64,000 nucleotides of DNA from Bacteroidales bacterium. GTDB taxonomy: Bacteria; Bacteroidota; Bacteroidia; Bacteroidales; UBA4417. Shown here in pieces: positions 11,401-19,731 of the stretch (positions are counted from its first letter, which is position 1; the number at the start of each line of letters is the position of its first letter). The position numbers and the translations under genes are program-made. The stretch is from positions 966-64,965 of the forward strand of contig JBBQUX010000002.1 of NCBI GenBank assembly GCA_038212135.1, in the 5' to 3' direction. Below the pieces are notes generated by a model. The model worked only from the letters and a program-made list of their open reading frames with translations, did no database searches and was not told the DNA's origin.

Positions 11401-11434
11401 GAATTAAGATTGGAATGTATGCTTTAGCCTTCAT
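8408..11434 (-). CDS. Secreted T9SS cargo protein. It has a 7-bladed FG-GAP/integrin-alpha-like propeller, an Ig-like domain, an uncharacterised beta-rich region and a type-A C-terminal sorting domain.
   Basis: ATG start and a signal peptide MKAKAYIPILILIFFSLNLVSQ. Seven repeats of (F/L/M)G.(S/A/D)(V/I/L)....N....VGA....G.VY. The C-terminus FEVFPNPAKDILYVS...LPIGVYFFRF...FKVIKK matches the Por/T9SS CTD pattern. Confidence 0.8.
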   Translation of the reverse strand: MKAKAYIPILILIFFSLNLVSQNWYRVKKFEDPTGNTFSGLGDAVCLSGQFAVAGDATSDRIYVFKLDQGEWVQTDMIQSELNTDFGTSVCINNNQVFVGARIKDDLLSPDCGAVYIYDLDILTGKVTYNSILWATDRDGIDNFGCSISVRNNLAIVGAFNKENMVGVYTGAAYIFEKIGGTWIEKQKITSSNGLLGDRFGSEVSTDGNLIAVSALGSDNNSYTDAGSVYIYSYSFLTNSASQQQIINSPDPKKSGNMGRSLMLFNNNLLVGATCVTGYRPSTGKVFCYNLNTYNSFDLYNTLMGDNPGIYGDEFGWSLCFDNESLVIGAPNEKNGNSKGSVYYYYYYNSDWEFFQKEKYSCYNEYSANFGRDVAVNGLSSIVGDPHTFYSPLKNEITNNAAICFHKRGTSLIINAGDNRTICPGDAVTIGGYPTAIGGVPPYNYKWTTNIGQVSTLSNFSVTPTATTTYYLEVKDQISGCSSLNDQVTITILPTCPCQYPVYIDGIENPTSIPLKNSAMRSIAIANKPSSTGAIALTGFIETNVLTISNGYSRTHPQSGFKQFICKLNNKGYTQWSHLMDCGSNSNSTINPVSCHVLFTDNQDNTYLAQNFKNKVIFEDYTEIRGITNTSYWNQSIYVVKFDPSGSIKWNTVILDGNGLQASFFDMSLSDNAVYIMGATMSGFSLSGHTYLPGNFLLKIDKVTGALLWCQQDYQGAICYITIDENNRIFIQTSTYPGKVYEINPATGALINNYDKSLYLSTSLISFNSGGSSMFYEIIGDPTFLTSMAIRGYKFENAGGIMKFNYKKSIEAPHKDIQGMSAVDNMVYFRKVTIDDFPDKFRKVDMLISPPNDIKWTQNTPYLSCIRPSTRSNPSYGYFVAADFTHNNDFIINSFNTANGAFGVCPVSKSFNIDYSSLNLPNEINKAFEVFPNPAKDILYVSTMSKDNFKSIKIEGFNSFGQKVLEKLAKIQNDSNIEIDISKLPIGVYFFRFTDCVSDSETFKVIKK

Positions 11435-11758
11435 AACAATAAAAGATTTAAGGTTGATGATATTTTAAACGAATTAACAAACTTACTTATAATATCTTAA
11501 TAAGCCAAATATATATATATTTTCAATGCAAAATTTTAAAGATCATATGTTCAGAATATACTGATTAAATTAATGTAAAAAAGAAGGAACTTGCTTTGTA
11601 ATATTCTATTACCATAAAACCCACATAACAAAAAGTACAGAATGGTAAGCTAAAAGTTTCGAGTGGTTTGTGATTTATTAAGATAAATTTTTTACTCCAA
11701 GCAAATGGTCAATAATAATAATCATATTTAATGAATGAGTTTCAAGCTTTCTTATTGT

Positions 11759-11814
11759 CACATTACCACATTTTCACATTTTCACATTTTCACATTCTCA
11801 CATTATCACATTAC
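11759..11814 (+). repeat. Seven tandem octamers CACATTNN, the same family as the 30334-30766 array.
   Basis: The units read CACATTAC CACATTTT CACATTTT CACATTTT CACATTCT CACATTAT CACATTAC. The array ends 2 bp from the MFS gene stop codon (11817-11819). Confidence 0.9.
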
Positions 11815-11816
11815 CC

Positions 11817-13115
11817 CTACTCCAACCCACTTATCTCCATCTTCCTCAACTTAGGAGCAAAACCAGCTGTTGCCAGCACAATAGAAACCGTCATTGCTCC
11901 CCCGAAAATTACAGAAGGAACCAGACCCATTATCCTTGCGGCCAATCCTGATTCGAAAGAGCCTAATTCGTTGGACGAACCGATAAAAAGGCTGTTCACC
12001 GAGGCAACCCGGCCACGCATTTCGTCGGGAGTATACATTTGCAGAATGGTTCCGCGGATGATCACGCTTACATTATCGAACATACCGCTGAGTGCCAGTA
12101 TCCCCAGTGAAAGCCAGAAATTTTCGGAAATGGCAAAAAACACTATACATGCACCAAATCCTCCGACAGCCCACAGAAGTTTAATCCCTGAACGGTAAAT
12201 CGGAGGATGATAAGCCAATATCAAAGCCATTAAAACCGCTCCCAGTGCCGGGGCAGCGCGCAGGAAACCCAATCCCTGCGGACCGGTATGTAATATTTCG
12301 GATGCAAAAACCGGCAGCAAGGCAACCGCGCCCCCGAACAAAACGCCGAACATATCGAGTGCCAGCGCTCCAAGCAAAACCTGGTTGTTGAAAACGAATT
12401 TTATACCGGTTGCCAGACTGGTAAATATTCCTTCTTTTTCATTTCTGGCAGGCAAAGGAACGGATCGGGATAAGAAGAAGAATACCAGGCTGAAAGCAGA
12501 TATCGCCGCAACGCAGATAAATGCGGCATGTATGCCGGCAAAACCATAAATCAAGCCTCCGGCAGCCGGTCCCGATACTGCTGCTATATGCCAGATCGTG
12601 CTGTTCCAGGTCGATGAATTTGCGTAAAGATTCCGTGGTACAATCTGCGCCATATAGGCTGACTGTGCAGGATAAAAGAAAGCCCGGGCGAGTCCCGTTA
12701 ATGCTATAACAAGGTATAAAGGCAATACTCCTGCCGTTTTATATAATTCCGGCATTATATAACTCATATACAGCAATACCATGGCGCAAGCCACATAAAC
12801 GGATGCTGTGATGATAATAATGGATTTCCTGTTGAACAGATCGGCAATATGACCGGCAAAAAGCGCAACAGCAAGAAATGGAATGGCTTCGGATAAGCCA
12901 ATAAGTCCGAGTGAAAACGGATCGTGCGTGAGATCGTATACCTGCCAGCCAACGATTACACTCTGCATCTGAATGGCGAAAGTGAGGAAAAAACGCCCGG
13001 ATATGAATGTACGGAAGTCCTTGAGGTGCCAAACGGCGTATGCGTTATTTTTGATCTCCGGAGTAGCGGTCAAAGAGTTTCTAATTGGACATGAAAAATT
13101 GAAAGCAAAAAACAT
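11817..13115 (-). CDS. MFS transporter.
   Basis: 432 aa with an ATG start and roughly 12 hydrophobic segments. The sequence is typical MFS (GRFFLTFAIQMQSVIVGWQVY, GHIADLFNRK loop). Substrate is unknown. Confidence 0.75.
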   Translation of the reverse strand: MFFAFNFSCPIRNSLTATPEIKNNAYAVWHLKDFRTFISGRFFLTFAIQMQSVIVGWQVYDLTHDPFSLGLIGLSEAIPFLAVALFAGHIADLFNRKSIIIITASVYVACAMVLLYMSYIMPELYKTAGVLPLYLVIALTGLARAFFYPAQSAYMAQIVPRNLYANSSTWNSTIWHIAAVSGPAAGGLIYGFAGIHAAFICVAAISAFSLVFFFLSRSVPLPARNEKEGIFTSLATGIKFVFNNQVLLGALALDMFGVLFGGAVALLPVFASEILHTGPQGLGFLRAAPALGAVLMALILAYHPPIYRSGIKLLWAVGGFGACIVFFAISENFWLSLGILALSGMFDNVSVIIRGTILQMYTPDEMRGRVASVNSLFIGSSNELGSFESGLAARIMGLVPSVIFGGAMTVSIVLATAGFAPKLRKMEISGLE

Positions 13116-13154
13116 TTATTTTGAGCTGAATAAAGGCTCAAGACTATATCCTGA

Positions 13155-13619
13155 TTATTGAATTACCAACTGAACATTGTCAAATTTTCCTTCAGTAACG
13201 TTATAAACAGTTCCATCTATATCCTCGCCTTCGAACTTAAAAGTACCGGAAATTTTCTGGTTCGTAACATCGTACTTTGTAATAACTATTTCACCAACAG
13301 GGTTTTCGCTTAAGAATGATGTAAAATCATAATTGTTTAATGCTACAAAACCTGTATTATCATCATTTATCTTGTAAGTTCCTGTACCGCTGCCTTTAAA
13401 AACCAATACGATTTGCTCGGCCACAGTTGCACCTATCCCGCTGATTTGAGTGAGGTTGCTTAATGATTCATGACCAGCCAGCATATTTTTGGCAGCCCAT
13501 ACCGTGCCTTCCACCTTTGCAGAAAAACCTGCGGCAGTAGTTTCAGTTTCATCTTTTTTGCAGCTGAACGAGAATACCAGCGATGCGGCCAGCATTGTTC
13601 CAAGGATAAGTTTTTTCAT
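13155..13619 (-). CDS. Small lipoprotein of unknown function.
   Basis: 154 aa with an ATG start. Signal plus lipobox MKKLILGTMLAASLVFSFSC. The rest is beta-rich and I do not recognise a family. Confidence 0.6.
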   Translation of the reverse strand: MKKLILGTMLAASLVFSFSCKKDETETTAAGFSAKVEGTVWAAKNMLAGHESLSNLTQISGIGATVAEQIVLVFKGSGTGTYKINDDNTGFVALNNYDFTSFLSENPVGEIVITKYDVTNQKISGTFKFEGEDIDGTVYNVTEGKFDNVQLVIQ

Positions 13620-13967
13620 AAAAATCAGTTGAATTTAAATTATTTGAATGTGAATTAATACGTTGCGCAAATGTAGGGAAACCATTTTCTCAAATCCAAA
13701 TCGTATCGGCATATATTTCTTTATAATTTGTCCGGAATTATTGTATTGTCAGGTTAAGGGTAATTGTTCAAATAAAAAATAAAAACTGAGAAGTGAGAAA
13801 TAGGAATTATGTATTCTCACCTGCCACTTTCCAATTCTCACTACCCATTTCCGGATGAATAAGGGAAACATTCAAAATAACTTCCTCAAAACTCTGTTGG
13901 AATTTTGGCTAAATTATTCTGAAATCTTTACCGAATTGTAAAAACAGATTCAAAAAAATTGCAGATT

Positions 13968-16016
13968 CTACCATGTCGGCAGGAAAGAGTAATTTGCTGA
14001 ATAATCGAGCATCTGCTTCGTAAAATCATCAGGATATTCAACTTTTACATTGGTTATTGATCCATTTTCTTCAACCAAAGTGAAAACCGGATTTATAAAA
14101 CCACCGTAAGGCGCAACATTCAGTTTTTTGAAACGGGCCAGGATCTCTTCGTGCAAAGTTTTATCCACTTTAACTCCGTACGTTTCAACAAGAGTTTTAC
14201 CTGCTTCGAAGTCGCCTTCCGATTTAATACGCTGAATTTCAGCAAGTAAATTACCAAATAGAGTACGTAGTTTTTCGTAATCGTTCACTTTTACATAGGT
14301 TTTACCATCCTCTTTTACAAATTCAATAACATTTTCAGCGGTACCTTTTTCGAAACACCACCTTGCAATGAGCTGCCTGTTGCGCATATGTGATTCCTCG
14401 ATATTTTTTCCGGGCGTAATACGGGTCAGTTGCGTAAGCAGGCCATTGCGGATATACGAATTGTACTCGGCTTTCGCTGCATCGGCTGATGGAAGAACTT
14501 TAAGTTCAAGCAGTTTCGGATCCGAAATATAGTATAGTGCAAAAAGATCAGCACGGGCTTCCTCGAGCGTGCTCTGGTAGTTTCGAAGAGCTTCGCTGCT
14601 GGTGCCGGGCAAAAGCTGTCCGGAGCCATGACCGAGACATTCGTGCAGATCGGTATGCACGTTGCTTGCCAGTGAACCGTATTTTTTCGAAAGCTCTCGT
14701 TCTTCTTCCGTAAGCACAAATTCTTCTAACATGCCATTACCAAGCGCAGCCTGGTCGTATGCACAGGTAATATTTTCGATTGTTACCGACTTGGAACCGT
14801 GATCTTTCCTGATCCAATCCGCATTCGGGAGATTAATTCCTATCGGGGTCGAAGGATAACAATCGCCACCAAGTTGGGCAGCAGTGATCACTTTTGCAGT
14901 AACGCCTTTAACCGTAGCTTTTTTAAAGCGGCTTTCGACCGGAGAATTATCCTCGAACCATTGCGCGTTTGCACTAATGGCTTCGGCACGTTTGGTTGCC
15001 TCCTTATCCTTAAAATTCACCATCGCTTCCCATGTTCCCTTTCGACCAAGCGGATCTTCATATGTTTCGATGAATCCGTTTACAACATCTATTTCACTGT
15101 TAAGGTCGGCTACCCATAGAACATTGTATTCGTCCCAGGTTTTAAGATCACCGGTTTGATAGTATTCAATCAGCTTAAGAATTGCAGCTTTCTGCTCGGG
15201 AGATTCGGCCACATTGGTGGCTTTTTCGAGCCAGAAGATAATTTTTTCAATGGCAGCAGAATATCCACCACCTAATTTCCAGGTTTTTTCAACCATTTTT
15301 CCATTTTCCTTTACCAGGTCCGAATTTAACCCGAACGACAAAGGGTGCAATGTATCTTCTTGTTTCAGTCCTTTATAATAGGCTTCTACTTCCGCTTCGG
15401 TTACTCCTGTGTAAAAGTTAACAGCCGAAGTCAGCACCAGGTCGGCACCATCGTCAAGATTCACCTTTTTAGGTAATATTTCCGGGTCGAACATTACAGG
15501 TGTAAGTTCAAGTATCAGTTGATCAACATTTTGACCTTCCCTGACAGGAAATTTTAACTGATCGCTGTTTTTAATTAATTCATTGAAATAGTTTTGACTT
15601 ATTCCAGGCAAAAACTTCTCAGAAGCATAATGATGGTATATACCATTCGAAAACCATACCCGTTTAAGGTAAACTTCAAAAGCAGCCCAATCAGCACCTT
15701 CTTTTTTACCGTTATAAGTAAGGTATATATTCTCCAGTGTACGACGGATAGCAAGGTTGTATTTCCCGTTCTGGTTGAAAATGATATCGCGACCGCAAAC
15801 TGCAGCCTTGCTCAAATAATAAACCAGCTCCTTCTGCTGCAGACTTAGACTGTCGAAACCGGGAACCTGATAACGCATTATTTTAAGGTCGGCAAATTGC
15901 TCAACCAGGTATTTAAATTCATCGGTTCCTTCTGCATTGGACTTTTTGTTTTTGGAATTACAGGAAAACATTGAAAGGGTCATGATCAGAATACTTAGGA
16001 TTGATAGTGATTTCAT
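13968..16016 (-). CDS. Dipeptidyl-peptidase III-like zinc metallopeptidase (M49 family), lipoprotein.
   Basis: 682 aa with lipobox LSMFSC. The M49 zinc motifs HECLGH (H-E-x-x-G-H) and EEARAD (E-E-x-R-A-D/E) are present. Confidence 0.8.
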   Translation of the reverse strand: MKSLSILSILIMTLSMFSCNSKNKKSNAEGTDEFKYLVEQFADLKIMRYQVPGFDSLSLQQKELVYYLSKAAVCGRDIIFNQNGKYNLAIRRTLENIYLTYNGKKEGADWAAFEVYLKRVWFSNGIYHHYASEKFLPGISQNYFNELIKNSDQLKFPVREGQNVDQLILELTPVMFDPEILPKKVNLDDGADLVLTSAVNFYTGVTEAEVEAYYKGLKQEDTLHPLSFGLNSDLVKENGKMVEKTWKLGGGYSAAIEKIIFWLEKATNVAESPEQKAAILKLIEYYQTGDLKTWDEYNVLWVADLNSEIDVVNGFIETYEDPLGRKGTWEAMVNFKDKEATKRAEAISANAQWFEDNSPVESRFKKATVKGVTAKVITAAQLGGDCYPSTPIGINLPNADWIRKDHGSKSVTIENITCAYDQAALGNGMLEEFVLTEEERELSKKYGSLASNVHTDLHECLGHGSGQLLPGTSSEALRNYQSTLEEARADLFALYYISDPKLLELKVLPSADAAKAEYNSYIRNGLLTQLTRITPGKNIEESHMRNRQLIARWCFEKGTAENVIEFVKEDGKTYVKVNDYEKLRTLFGNLLAEIQRIKSEGDFEAGKTLVETYGVKVDKTLHEEILARFKKLNVAPYGGFINPVFTLVEENGSITNVKVEYPDDFTKQMLDYSANYSFLPTW

Positions 16017-16100
16017 GGGGTGATTTTTTTAGAAGAGTTAAACATGACAAAGGTAAATAAGTTGAGAAAACGTAGGTAGTGTTTATAAGAAAACGAGTTT

Positions 16101-16300
16101 AAAATGAGTTTTGCTCTCGCGCACCCCTTTGCTTCGGCTTGGTTCGGCTTCGCTCACCAACCTTCGCTCAGCAGCCGGAAAGGGAGAGTCCTCGCACACA
16201 GAAGATTGAGTTTTGCATACCAAACCTAAAATTAAAGAAAATGAGCATTTTTATGTAAAATGATGAGTTTTCTTATTGACACTAAGTAAGTTGAGAGAAA
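16101..16300 (+). repeat. Copy A of a dispersed non-coding element of about 195 bp.
   Basis: It aligns by eye to 24281-24472 at roughly 85 percent over the shared blocks AATGAGTTTTGC..CACCCCTTTGCTTCGGCT..GCCGGAAAGGGAGAGTCCTCGC.CACAGA..ATTGAGTTTTGC..AAAGAAAATGAGCATTTTTA.GTAAAATGATG.GTTTTC..GACACTAA..TTGAG.GAAA. Copy A carries an extra insert of about 28 bp. Confidence 0.8.
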
Positions 16301-16447
16301 TATAACCTAAATGGCCAGGTATCAGTTTAAACTATTAAGAATGTGTGGATTATGAAATATTAAATAAAGCGACAAGGCCGATCCATGAAATAAAAGCATA
16401 AACCATTGAGGCACTAAGGACACTGAGAAGCACTAAGAAAAGAAACA

Positions 16448-17170
16448 TTATTTTGCCGCCAAATCCCTGAAAGCCAGTCCATCCCAAACAGGTATGGCTG
16501 AGGAAGTGTTCAGTATAAAGCAATGCCTCAGATCATCGTACAGACCTATGCCGGATAACCGTTTGTAATGGTTTGCCTCATGCACCACCTGTACCAGGTC
16601 ATCTTTTGAGATTTGCCAAAGTTTTTGTGAAGCAACGGTTGCATCGCAAATGGATTCGAATCTTCCTGACAATTCAAGTGCATCGGCGATAGCTCCGGCA
16701 CAAAGCGTATCTTCGAGACTGAATGATTTTTTCCAGCCTGAGCAAAGGATTACAACATTCATGTGCCGGCTGATCAGCCATTCACAAATCACATGCAGAT
16801 TTGCAAAGGAAGCAGCGGCAATGTTTCCCGAAATTTTTGCCATCTCAATAGCCTGGGTTCCGTTGGTGGTAGAATATGCAAGTTCTTTCCCCTTGATCTC
16901 ACTTTTCAGAAACATAACAGGAGAGTTCCCGAAATCAGCAAAATCAACTTTCCTGCCATCGCGCTCTGCTGCAGTGAGGAATCCTTTGTTTTTATATTCA
17001 AGCAACTCATCAAGGCTCAAAACCGGGATTACCGATTTTACGCCACTGTCGAAAGCAGCGCAAAAAGCGGTTGTTGCCCGCAGAACATCAACAATCACTA
17101 CAATACAATTGTCAAAAGTCTTACGGTATTCGAATAATGCCGGCGACAAACAAACTTCAATACTATTCAT
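16448..17170 (-). CDS. comB: 2-phosphosulfolactate phosphatase (ComB) family protein.
   Basis: The motif VVIVDVLRATTAFCAA is typical of the ComB family. The track ORF begins at a GTG (17212); I prefer the ATG at 17170 (MNSIEV...). Confidence 0.65.
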   Translation of the reverse strand: MNSIEVCLSPALFEYRKTFDNCIVVIVDVLRATTAFCAAFDSGVKSVIPVLSLDELLEYKNKGFLTAAERDGRKVDFADFGNSPVMFLKSEIKGKELAYSTTNGTQAIEMAKISGNIAAASFANLHVICEWLISRHMNVVILCSGWKKSFSLEDTLCAGAIADALELSGRFESICDATVASQKLWQISKDDLVQVVHEANHYKRLSGIGLYDDLRHCFILNTSSAIPVWDGLAFRDLAAK

Positions 17171-17249
17171 GAAACAGATGCTAAAATAATAGTGCGCAGC
17201 ACAAATTAACACTAGCTGCGCACTATTACCTATTAACTTTTTACTTTAA

Positions 17250-18338
17250 CTAACCTTTGTAAAAAGGCATTTTTACTACCACCGCTTTAAGTGCCTTATC
17301 GCGGATGCTGATAAAAATCTCACTACCGGCTTTCATATATGCTGTTGACACATAAGCCATTCCGATTCCTTTTTTTACAGAAGGACCCATGGTTCCGCTT
17401 GTAACAATACCGATTTTGTTTCCTGCTGCATCCACAACATCATAACCATGTCGGGGAACGCCTTTATCAATTAGTTCGAAACCTACAAGACGGCGGGTAG
17501 TACCTTCGGTTTTATGTTTCAGGAAAATATCTTTGTTAATAAAATCTTTAGCATCGGTAAATTTGGTTATCCAGCCCAGGCCGGCTTCTATTGGCGATGT
17601 AGTATCGTCAATATCGTTTCCGTAAAGACAGAAACCCATTTCGAGACGCAGGGTATCGCGGGCGGCAAGGCCTATGGATTTGATACCGTACCCGGCACCC
17701 GCTTCCATCACGGCCTCATAAATCTTAACCGCATCTGTGTTGGCCATATATATTTCGCAACCACCTGAACCTGTGTAACCTGTAGTTGCAAAAATTACAT
17801 CTTTAATGCCAGCAAATTCCAGCTTTTTGAAGGTGTAATACTCCATATCGGTAACGGTGGTTGCCGTAAGTTTCTGCATTGCTTTTAATGCCAGAGGTCC
17901 CTGTACGGCAAGTTGAGCAATTTCATCAGAGGCATTGTACAAATCGGCACCCATTTTATTCTGGCTCAAAAGCCAATTCCAGTCCTTGTCAATATTCGAA
18001 GCATTAACAACCAGCAAATAGGTGAGATCATCCACTTTATAAACCAGCAGGTCGTCAACAATACCACCTTTACCATTAGGGAAACAGGAATACTGTACTT
18101 TACCGTTATAAAGTACCGAAGCGTCATTTGTGGTAACGTACTGAATAAAATCGAGTGCTTTAGGGCCTTTCACCCATATTTCGCCCATGTGCGAAACATC
18201 AAATACGCCAAGTTTCGTACGTACAGTTTCATGTTCATCATTTATTCCGCTGAACTGTATCGGCATATTGTACCCGGCAAATTCCGCCATTTTTGCGCCA
18301 AGTGCTTCATGAAAGTTAGTAAAAGCAGTATTTTTCAT
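17250..18338 (-). CDS. gcvT: Glycine cleavage system aminomethyltransferase T.
   Basis: Full-length GcvT-like sequence ([31 protein letters not shown]). The track start at 18443 is TTG; the ATG at 18338 ([17 protein letters not shown]) gives the canonical N-terminus. Confidence 0.9.
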   Translation of the reverse strand: MKNTAFTNFHEALGAKMAEFAGYNMPIQFSGINDEHETVRTKLGVFDVSHMGEIWVKGPKALDFIQYVTTNDASVLYNGKVQYSCFPNGKGGIVDDLLVYKVDDLTYLLVVNASNIDKDWNWLLSQNKMGADLYNASDEIAQLAVQGPLALKAMQKLTATTVTDMEYYTFKKLEFAGIKDVIFATTGYTGSGGCEIYMANTDAVKIYEAVMEAGAGYGIKSIGLAARDTLRLEMGFCLYGNDIDDTTSPIEAGLGWITKFTDAKDFINKDIFLKHKTEGTTRRLVGFELIDKGVPRHGYDVVDAAGNKIGIVTSGTMGPSVKKGIGMAYVSTAYMKAGSEIFISIRDKALKAVVVKMPFYKG

Positions 18339-18678
18339 CTTTGGGTAGTTTATTAAATTGCATTTTAATGGTAATAATCGGGCAATTGCATTTACTTTTT
18401 CGAAATCCGGAAAATCTACCGGAAAACGTATACTATGCGGCAAAAGTAAGAAATTAGAAATATGTTGAACAATTAAAACTGATTAAGTTTAATAAAATCT
18501 GTTGCCTCGGACAGTAATTTGAAATCCTGAAACAAAATATTGAAAAACCTTATTTTTTTTTATATAATCGATACAACCATTTCACTAAACCCCAACCCTT
18601 TAACATATCTTAATAAACTGTTGAGAAGTTATCGGGAATGCGGATGGCTTTTTTCTACTTTTGCACAAAAAATAACAT

Positions 18679-19692
18679 ATGATTAAGGTAGGGATTATTG
18701 GAGCCGGTCACCTTGGAAAAATACATATTAAATGCATCAACGAAATCCCTGAGTTTACGCTGATCGGTTTTTACGATAACGATGAAGCAAATGCAAGATT
18801 GGTATCCAAAGAATTCGGAATCAGGAACTTCCATTCGATTGATGAGTTGATAAACGAAGTTGATGTTGTTGACATTGTTACTCCGACTATTGCACATTTT
18901 GAACCGGCGGCCCGCGCACTCAAGCAATTCAGACATGTTTTTATTGAAAAACCCGTTGTTACCACACCCGAAGAAGCTTTAAAACTGATTGATATTGCCC
19001 ACGAAGCGAATGTAAAAGTTCAGGTTGGCCATGTTGAACGCTTTAACCCGGCCATGGTGGCAGCACTACCGTTCATTGACAATCCTATGTTTATCGAAGT
19101 GCACAGGCTTGCCACTTTTAACCCGCGTGGTAGTGATGTTCCGGTGATACTGGATCTGATGATTCATGATATTGACATCGTACTGCACACAGTGAATGCC
19201 AACCTCAGGAAAATAAGTGCCAGTGGCGTAGCTGTTGTTACCAATACGGCCGATATTGTAAATGCCCGGCTCGAATTTGATAACGGCTGTGTGGCAAACC
19301 TGACGGCAAGCCGCATTTCGCTGAGTCCCATGCGTAAAGCAAGGTTTTTTCAGCGCGATGCATATATCGCCGTTGATTTTCTGAACAAGAAAACAGAAGT
19401 TGTGCGTATCCGGAATATAAGCGAGGGCAATATAAACCCTTTATTACCCGTTCTGCAACCGGGCAACGGCAAGGGAGCTAAACAAGTTCATTTCGAAAAA
19501 CCTGATATCAAGCCAACCAACGCCATTCAGACGGAGTTGCAAAGTTTTGCCCGTTCCATTCTGGAGAATACCACTCCTGATGTGACTATTAATGATGGAT
19601 ACCTGGCACTCAAAGTTGCCTACCAGATTCTCGAAAAACTTGAGGATACCGTAAAAGGTACCAACGCATCAGATTTACAATCAACAAATTGA
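18679..19692 (+). CDS. Gfo/Idh/MocA family NAD(P)-dependent oxidoreductase.
   Basis: 337 aa with an N-terminal Rossmann motif MIKVGIIGAGHLGKIH and an EKP motif (FIEKPV). Confidence 0.8.
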   Translation: MIKVGIIGAGHLGKIHIKCINEIPEFTLIGFYDNDEANARLVSKEFGIRNFHSIDELINEVDVVDIVTPTIAHFEPAARALKQFRHVFIEKPVVTTPEEALKLIDIAHEANVKVQVGHVERFNPAMVAALPFIDNPMFIEVHRLATFNPRGSDVPVILDLMIHDIDIVLHTVNANLRKISASGVAVVTNTADIVNARLEFDNGCVANLTASRISLSPMRKARFFQRDAYIAVDFLNKKTEVVRIRNISEGNINPLLPVLQPGNGKGAKQVHFEKPDIKPTNAIQTELQSFARSILENTTPDVTINDGYLALKVAYQILEKLEDTVKGTNASDLQSTN

Positions 19693-19731
19693 TTAACCCG
19701 ATTTTATTCACATCAATAGCCTGCCTGATCA

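Noticed and set aside
11731-12198. 155-aa plus-strand ORF starting in the CACATTNN repeats.
   Set aside because: It is antisense to the well-supported MFS transporter gene and begins inside a stop-free repeat.
16101-16300. A small protein (about 43 aa, MSFALAHPFAS...) encoded in the 195-bp dispersed element, or a MITE.
   Set aside because: The two copies differ by an indel of about 28 bp that shifts the frame, so the peptide is not conserved. No terminal inverted repeats or target-site duplications were seen.
16650-17189. Long antisense ORFs inside real genes (16650-17189, 17913-18356, 27006-27503, 37018-37449, 45134-45595, 54670-55155, 60368-60790, 61037-61444).
   Set aside because: Each lies opposite a gene with strong family motifs. 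Their products are low-complexity or Ser/Leu/Ile-rich with no recognisable motifs.
17171-17212. N-terminal extensions implied by the longest-ORF track for comB (GTG start) and for gcvT, clpX, tig, rsmG, the pentapeptide-repeat gene and the 45792 lipoprotein (TTG starts), plus longer track starts for the gpsA-like (TTG) and GT4 genes.
   Set aside because: These track starts are non-ATG codons (GTG for comB, TTG for the others) or overlap the preceding gene (GT4). Internal ATGs give canonical family N-termini (for example [12 protein letters not shown] for ClpX and MEITRENTG for Tig) or proper signal peptides.
18339-18678. Glycine riboswitch upstream of gcvT.
   Set aside because: I read both strands and found none of the conserved GGAGAG...ACCGAAGG-type cores. 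The region is AT-rich spacer shared with the divergent oxidoreductase gene.
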